Under the pieces are notes generated by a model. It saw nothing but the letters and a program-made list of their open reading frames with translations, was not told the DNA's origin and searched no databases. Below, one piece after another: positions 57,363 through 64,000 of a DNA stretch of 64,000 nt. Each line of letters starts with the position of its first letter. The stretch's first letter is position 1. The stretch comes from Macrostomum lignano (Eukaryota): positions 124,001 through 188,000 of the forward strand of contig NIVC01002145.1 of assembly GCA_002269645.1 (NCBI GenBank). Direction: 5' to 3'. The position numbers were made by a program, and so were the translations under genes.

Positions 57363-58060
57363 GTAAGCGCCGCTACCCCCTTTCAGTAAGCGCCGCTACC
57401 CCCTTCAAGAAGCGCCGCTATCCCCCTTCAGTAAGCGCCGCTACTCCACTTCAGTAAGCGCCGCTACTCTCTTCAGTAAGCGCCGCTACCCCCTTCAGTA
57501 AGCGCCGCTACCCCCTTCAAGAAGCGCCGCTATCCCCCTTCAGTAAGCGCCGCTACCCCCTTCAGTAAGCGCCACTACTCCTCTTCAGTAAACGCCGCTA
57601 CCCCCTTCAAGAAGCGCCGCTATCCCCCTTCAGTAAGCGCCGCTACTCCTCTTCAGTAAGCGCCGCTACTCTCTTCAGTAAGCGCCGCTACTCCTCTTCA
57701 GTAAGCGCCGCTATCCCCCTTCAGTAAGCGCCGCTATCCCCCTTCAGTAAGCGCCGCTACTCTTCTTCAGTAAGCGCCGCTACTCTCTTCAGTAAGCGCC
57801 GCTATCCCCCTTCAGTAAGCGCCGCTGCTCCTCTTCAGTAAGCGCCGCTACCCCCTTCAGTAAGCGCCGCTATCCCCCTTCAGTAAGCGCCGCTACTCTT
57901 CTTCAGTAAGCGCCGCTACTCTTCTTCAGTAAGCGCCGCCACTCCTCTTCAGTAAGCGCCGCTACCCCCTTCAGTAAGCGCCGCTACTCGTCTTCAGTAA
58001 GCGCCGCTACCCCCTTCAGTAAGCGCCGCCACTCCTCTTCAGTAAGCGCCGCTACTCCCC
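57363..58060. repeat. 22-23 bp minisatellite between FHIP1 and RECQL5 (CAGTAAGCGCCGCTACCCCCTT)
   Basis: About 31 units. Confidence 0.93.
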
Positions 58061-59585
58061 CCTGTAGAAACTTTCATCCCGAATTTGCGCCAACAAATAA
58101 AGAAAAGCGAAACGAATTGACAGCATAAAAGTCAAGAGATTAAATGGCACCCTTAAAATCAGAAAAATTACTGGATCGAAAAAAAATTGCAAAATATGAT
58201 TTACCACAGTGAGGATCGGATATTTTGTGGCTGTAGACACGCATAGGAAAAATCCAAAATAAAAATTAATGATCGAGAGAAATTGGAAAGATAAACAAAC
58301 TATTATACAACGCACTGCATATTTATATAGTTAGATATTTATTAATATCTTTGTATTAGAAAAACTGTTAAACAGAAGCAAAGATGTGGAAGCAAATGAG
58401 TAAAGTACATTTTAGAAAATTGAAACAATAACTTACCAATATTAAAGCATCTATGAAAATGTGGCTAGTGACTGTTTGACATGTATTCTAATTAAACAAT
58501 AGAAAGTAATCACGCTGAAACAGCTGCTATGTCTGTACAATAAATTTGCTTAATCTAGTACTATTAGTAGCAGTAGTAGTAAAAAAAGTAAAATTAAAAC
58601 ACTTATTTGGCTGCGCACTAGTAAAAGAATTAATCTGTTATAAGTAGTATATTTAACTTGATTTGTTATTATATAAGGCAAGACAAATGTGTTCTATTTA
58701 AGTAAAGCAGTGATCCTCAGTTACAGATATTTTATCATTTGAACTTTGAATTTGTCAAAAGTGAGTTCAAATTTTTCAAGAGTTCAAATGCAATACGAGT
58801 ATAGCGCTTATCGGGAAGAGAATGATTGTCTCTGGCTTGAATGAATGACTGAAATCAGTGTGAAGTGTGAATTCAAGTCTCATTGTCGGCATTCATCTAG
58901 TCTAGAGCACAAATACTAGAATAACTAGATGGGCCATTCAGCACATTTGCGGGTAAACTACTTTCAGTTCAGTAGTAAGTTAAACAGAAGCATTTTACTG
59001 CATTTTTAAAGCCAAGGCCCATTCATTGGCTCTTACCCCCCAGCCTAAACCCTCCAACCGCGCCTTTCAACAATGCCCCCACTCGCCCCAATTTTTTTTC
59101 TCGGAATTCCAGCCTAAAGCTGCCATGTACATTTCAGTGGACTGGCTAAAGTACATTATTGCTGAACCAATTAGCAAGCTGTTTACGCCTGCAAGCTTTT
59201 GGGCTTCTAAACTTATCAAAGTCATTTTAGCTGCCCTTATTTCTATAAAATAGCTTATATATTCTTCTTTGCTACTGAACTGAAAGTAGAAAGCTGTTTT
59301 AAAACTTAGTAAATTTACTAAGTAAATATATGTGCCTGAGTGGCCCATCTAGCTATTCTAGTATCTGTGGTCTAGAGCGATCCGCAGACTTAATTCTCGA
59401 GTAGGGCAATACTCGTACCTGACAACAATCAAAGTATGATTTTACAGACGAAATTTGCTCACTTCCTGACTTAAATTTACCATAGCCAACTTATTGAAGT
59501 TGAAATTGTATGTAATAATCTTACTAATGCCCGACACATACTACTGGCGTCAAATATACAGAGCAAACTCGATCCAGATTTTTAT

Positions 59586-62500
59586 TCACAACGGCCTGAC
59601 AGAATGCTCCCGACAGATGGCCGACAACTCCTTAGTGAACTCCTCTAGAACTACGGCCGCGTACACCATGTTCCGAGTCTTCAGGCCGTCCAGCCGATCC
59701 CGACTGCCTGTCGCCGTTGACGAACCCGGCGACAGTTTCCGATTCTCCTTGCCGGAGCCGCCGCTATTGTTGCTTTTCGATGAGGAGAACAGACTTTCGA
59801 AGAATGATTTCTTTTTTACTGCTTCAGGCTGCTGCTGCTGTTGCTGCTGATGCGGATGGAAGCTGGACCAATCGGCGAGGCTACCGGATGCTGCAGACGA
59901 CGCCGAGGTGGCCGCGCGGCGCCGATCGCCTGGCAGGGCAATTAAACTGTCTGATCGATTATTATTATTACTATTATTATTATTATTACTGCCGACAGGC
60001 ATGGCGGCGAAGTGCTGCAGTTCGAATTCCTCCGGACTGCTTCGATTGACGCGCCAGTAGAGAAACCGGCGCGCGTCCAACAGGAGCGAGTCGAAATTGT
60101 CCATTGTGTAGGAGAAACAGTCCACCCGGTGCTTCACCACGTTTAGCGCCTGGTAGAGACTCTTCACCTGCGGTTGGATGAGGCGGAGAGGCAGCTGCTA
60201 TTGATATTAGTTGGAGCTTATAACTTTGCTTACTTTGCTTACCAACTCTGGCATGCCTAGCTAATTGCAGATCCAGGGTCCGTGACATGCCTAGCTAATT
60301 GCAGATCCAGGGTCCGTGACATGCCTAGCTAATTGCAGATCTAGGGTCCGAACTCTGACATGCCTAGCTAATTGCAGATCTAGGGTCCGAACTCTGACAT
60401 GCCTAGCTAATTGCAGATCCAGGGTCCGAACTCTGACATGCCTAGCTAATTGCAGATCTAGGGTCCGAACTCTGACATGCCTAGCTAATTGCAGATCCAG
60501 GGTCCGAACTCTGACATGCCTAGCTAATTGCAGATCCAGGGTCCGAAATCTCTGACATGCCTAGCTAGAATCAATCACCTGAGGCTGCAGCACTAGACCA
60601 GCATTGAGCAGCAGAGATTTGAGTAGCGGCTGCGGATAGCAAGCCAAATCCGACAGCAAATTAGTTAGCAGCAGATTAACGTAGAGCGAATTAGCTGGCA
60701 TAGTTTCAACTTTATCCAACAGGGCCGTCAAGAACGGTCCAATCGTATAGAAATTGTTCGCAGGCGGCCTGGCAGACGGATGCGGCCGCGGCGGCACGGG
60801 CAGAAACTCCAAGCCCGGCTGTTGCGGCATCGGCAGCAGCATGGAGGAATTCGTCGCCGCCGCCGCTGCCGCAGACGCAGCCAACGGATGATTCGACGTC
60901 GATAAAGCTCCGCCGCCGATGCTAGCCGACGGTGTTGCCGCAGTCGACGAGCTGGTCTCGTCGAAGCGTCCGGAGTCGGACAGTCCAGCGGCCGACATGT
61001 TGGACGTCTGTCGGAGCGGCGGCCGAGGCGACCCGCCTTCGGCAGCCAGTAGCAGGCCGGCCTCGGACAGCGCAGCTTCAAGGCTCTGCACGCTGGCATC
61101 GATGCCGGAGTCGGCGCAGTCATTGCCGCCTACTAGAGACGGTGGCAGAGAGTCTAGCAGAGTTAGGAAGCCGTTGAGATCCTCCAGCTGATCCAGCGAT
61201 TGACTAATTAATGCGCGCAGGTCGGCCGCTGCCCGGCTGTCCTCAGCACCGTTGGCGGCATCTTAAACAGTGCATTACGGATAGGTAGGCAAGATAAAGA
61301 GTGTGAAGCGAGTTACTTATTGGCAGGGGGCATTGCCGTAGCAAATCCCGGTGACAATTAACAAACAAGTGTGCATACTACCATTAGTAGTTTAATGCGC
61401 ATGTAGATTAACACACAGGGCCCTGGCCCGATGAAAACGGCACCTAGGTCGTTTCAGAGTCGTTACAGGTAACACAGGCAAAAATAGGAAAGAAGTGACT
61501 CCAAAACGGCTCTAAAAATGACGAGATGTCACGGTACAAGTCGCTTAAAAAGTCGTTAAAGAGCCATCCAAGATTTATTTTGAAGCTCTTAATAAATTGT
61601 CTGCGACTCTGGGACCGTACAGTCGTATTCTAGATGTGCTACAGTCGCTGTAGGGTCACTGAGTTGCTTTTAAAGTGCATTTGGGTCGCTTGATGAATTA
61701 GAGTCACGTCTTTGGTGCTTTAGCGGCGTTCTCTAATCGCTAGTGCTACAGTAGAATTGTTAGTGCGTCACCTGTGAGACGCTCTGGACGGATTACAGAG
61801 TCAGTTACGCAATTAACACTCAGTGTAGCCTATTGAAAGTTAATTGCACTTCAAGTATAGCCTACTGAGTTAGTAGAAACGATTCTTAGACCACTGTCCC
61901 ATGATTCTACAGCTCACGTAACGCGCTTGTGACGCAACGGTCGCCTCTACTTCGCATTAGACATATTTGAGTCGCTAAAAAGTCACACAAGAGTCGCCCC
62001 AGAGTTGCTAGAGTTGTTTTTCAACGAGTTTTTTTATGCGATTCTTGTCACAGTATCGTTTTCAACGGGTGACTTTGCTCATTGTCAGGCTAGTCAGATT
62101 CTTATCCGCTAGTCCAGGATGTCACCTGTGTACACACACGTTCGATAGCACATAAACTATAAGAAATTCTGTACGCTTTCTTATTTTGCTACTTTTTTCG
62201 GTAGGCAAAAAGTACTTTAATTGACCAACAAAACATTTAGCAGAAAGAAGTTTACCGTTACCATCCATATTATCAGCAGGGCTGTTATTGTCCTCGGCTG
62301 CGTCAGTTTCAGCTGGACCATCTTCTTCAACAACTGCTGCCGGCTTTGTAGCTGAAGCAGCAGCAGCAGTCGAAGCCGACGCAGACGCTGCAGCTCCTGC
62401 ACTGCTGTCTAAACCGGAATCGGGGTCCAAGAAGCTCAACGTGTACATTGACTGTACATGCGCGGCTGAGTCTTTGTAAGGTCGCGAAGCAGCGGCAACA

Positions 62501-64000
62501 GCAGCGACCGCCGCTGCTGATGATGGCCCAGCCAATGACTGCTGCAGCTTCTGTTGCTGCGACTGCTGCTTCTGCTGTAAGCTGCTATTTACAAGCGAAG
62601 AGGCAGACGAGCGTCGGTCAGTTGCGGGCCCGTCGCCGCTAGAGGAGGCGTCGAATAGTCTACTAGCTGACGAGTTCAACTCGTCGTAGTAATCGGCGTC
62701 TAGGCTGGTCACGTCGGCCTCGTCGGCGATTTCAGTTGCGACGACAGCGGCAGCGGCTGTGGGACCCTGCAGCCGACGGAAAGCGCTCTGAATCTCAGTT
62801 ATAGGCACCGAGGACAGACCCGCTGCGGCGACAGCGGCTGCCGCCTCCGCTAACGCCGCATCTCCGGCGGCGCCTTCGAACACGTCGATTGGCGGATCGA
62901 CGCCGTCGTAGCGGAAGGCCCACCGACGGGAAGCGACGGTCCGTTCGACGATGCGCTCGGCCGCGTCGCGCAGATACTCGGCGTGCGGCGATTCGTAGGC
63001 GCGCAGCCGGTCGGCAGCGGGACTGATGGCCTCCTCGCCGGTGTCCTGCACGCAACAGGAGGGCACCAGGGAAGCGAACTTGTCGGCGGCCCTGGCGTAG
63101 GGCTCGTTGTCGCGTAGGCAGCGGCGCTGGCTGAGCATGAGGTGCTGGCAGGGGATGAGGTAGCGATACAGTAGCTGGTAATGCACGTCCTCAATGTGCA
63201 GATTAAGCAGAGTCCTGAATAGCGACATGGTGACCACGCCAAGTAGACTGTTGGAGAATTTGATGCGACCAATAAGCGACTCCAATATATTATAATCGTC
63301 ATAGTAGTCTAGCAATACGAATCGCACTAGGACTTTAAGCAGGGCCGGCTCAGTGACTCGGCGCAGGAACAGCTCCAGATAGGCCGTCGCAGCGGTCACC
63401 TCGTCCATGGAGCTCTGGTGCAGGGCGGCGCCTAGCACAGGTTTAAGGAAGCCCGAATAGATAAAGTGCAACAGCTGATCCCGCACGAGAGGATGCGCCA
63501 ATTCAACAACAACATTACAAAAGTCTAAGGAATTAAGGAACTGAGCCAGGTCCGGGATCCGCTGCCAGTCGGCCGGGGTCAGCTGGCACCAATCGTCCGA
63601 GTCAACGGGCAGACGGCGGGGCAGAGACGAGTACAAGCCGCTGAGGCCGGTGGCCAGCACCGGACAAAAATCCGAGGAGAATGCAATGAACCGGCCAACC
63701 TCTTGATTGCGAGCCGACAGTGCCATGACTAGCAGCAGCGCATCCCTGGCGTGCTGGCCGATGCTGGCCTCGCGGTGCACGTACGGCACTAGCAGGCTGA
63801 ACACTAGGAACTGCGAGCCGGCCTCCGCTCGGCCAACTTCTAGACAGGCGTCTAAAAGATTTGGCGAACGATTCAGCACCACGCAGAGCTGGTGCAATAT
63901 GAGTACAACGCTGCTCTCCACTGCGCGCGACGAGCCGGCGCTGCAGCAGGATTGTACGAGGCGCAGCAGAGGGCGCAGAATCTGCGGTTTTCGGAGTGCG
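59586..64000 (-). CDS. FHIP1: FHF complex subunit HOOK-interacting protein 1 (FHIP1/FAM160A)-like, 5' end outside the window
   Basis: Exons >64000-62262 (or 62256), 61261-60579, 60167-59586; FSLLVPYVHREASIGQHARDALLLVMALS, FCPVLATGLSGLYSSLP, AYLELFLR, C-terminal YAAVVLEEFTKELSAICREH match FAM160A. Confidence 0.92.
60255..60565. repeat. 34-35 bp minisatellite in the last FHIP1 intron (CTGACATGCCTAGCTAATTGCAGATCYAGGGTCCGAACT family)
   Basis: About 8 units. Confidence 0.92.

Noticed and set aside
61390-62100. GTCGC-word-rich segment in FHIP1 intron
   Set aside because: No clear periodicity, TIR or ORF; possibly a decayed interspersed repeat but not supportable from the sequence alone.
883-63302. 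Numerous antisense or alternate-frame ORFs overlapping GC-rich exons (for example 883-1104, 14442-14924, 53901-54191, 62850-63302)
   Set aside because: Shadow ORFs of GC-rich coding sequence with no independent motifs.
1-64000. SL RNA or snRNA gene
   Set aside because: No recognisable leader or Sm-site-containing snRNA sequence seen.

Overview
Eukaryotic (animal) genomic DNA with GC-rich exons separated by introns filled with minisatellites. The style strongly resembles the flatworm Macrostomum lignano, but the species is an inference. Exon-by-exon reconstruction gives six spliced conserved genes: lebercilin/LCA5-like (-, 8 exons, with an intronic tRNA-Arg-ACG), SOCS7-like (+, 3 exons), CDK5RAP1 methylthiotransferase (+, 6 exons), NOG1/GTPBP4 (-, 6 exons), RECQL5 (-, 3 exons) and the 3' part of FHIP1/FAM160A (-). 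Also present: a single-exon secreted LamG-like protein; a ~3.46-kb tandem triplication carrying the CDK5RAP1 last exon, a P-element transposase relic and an EF-hand-like orphan ORF; a decayed LOA/R1-like LINE with a TSD; a tRNA-derived CORE-SINE; about 30 minisatellite arrays; and a telomere-derived 15-mer array at the window start. Most notable: (i) 7-9 bp direct repeats spanning both splice junctions of several minisatellite-filled introns, including a GC-AG intron, which resembles an intron-gain signature; (ii) minisatellites that are amplified splice sites, one giving in-frame tandem acceptors; (iii) the same minisatellite families in different introns; (iv) a CTCF-motif-like array; (v) CDK5RAP1 lacking an in-frame ATG for its presequence. 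Most ORFs in the supplied track are repeat-derived or antisense shadows.
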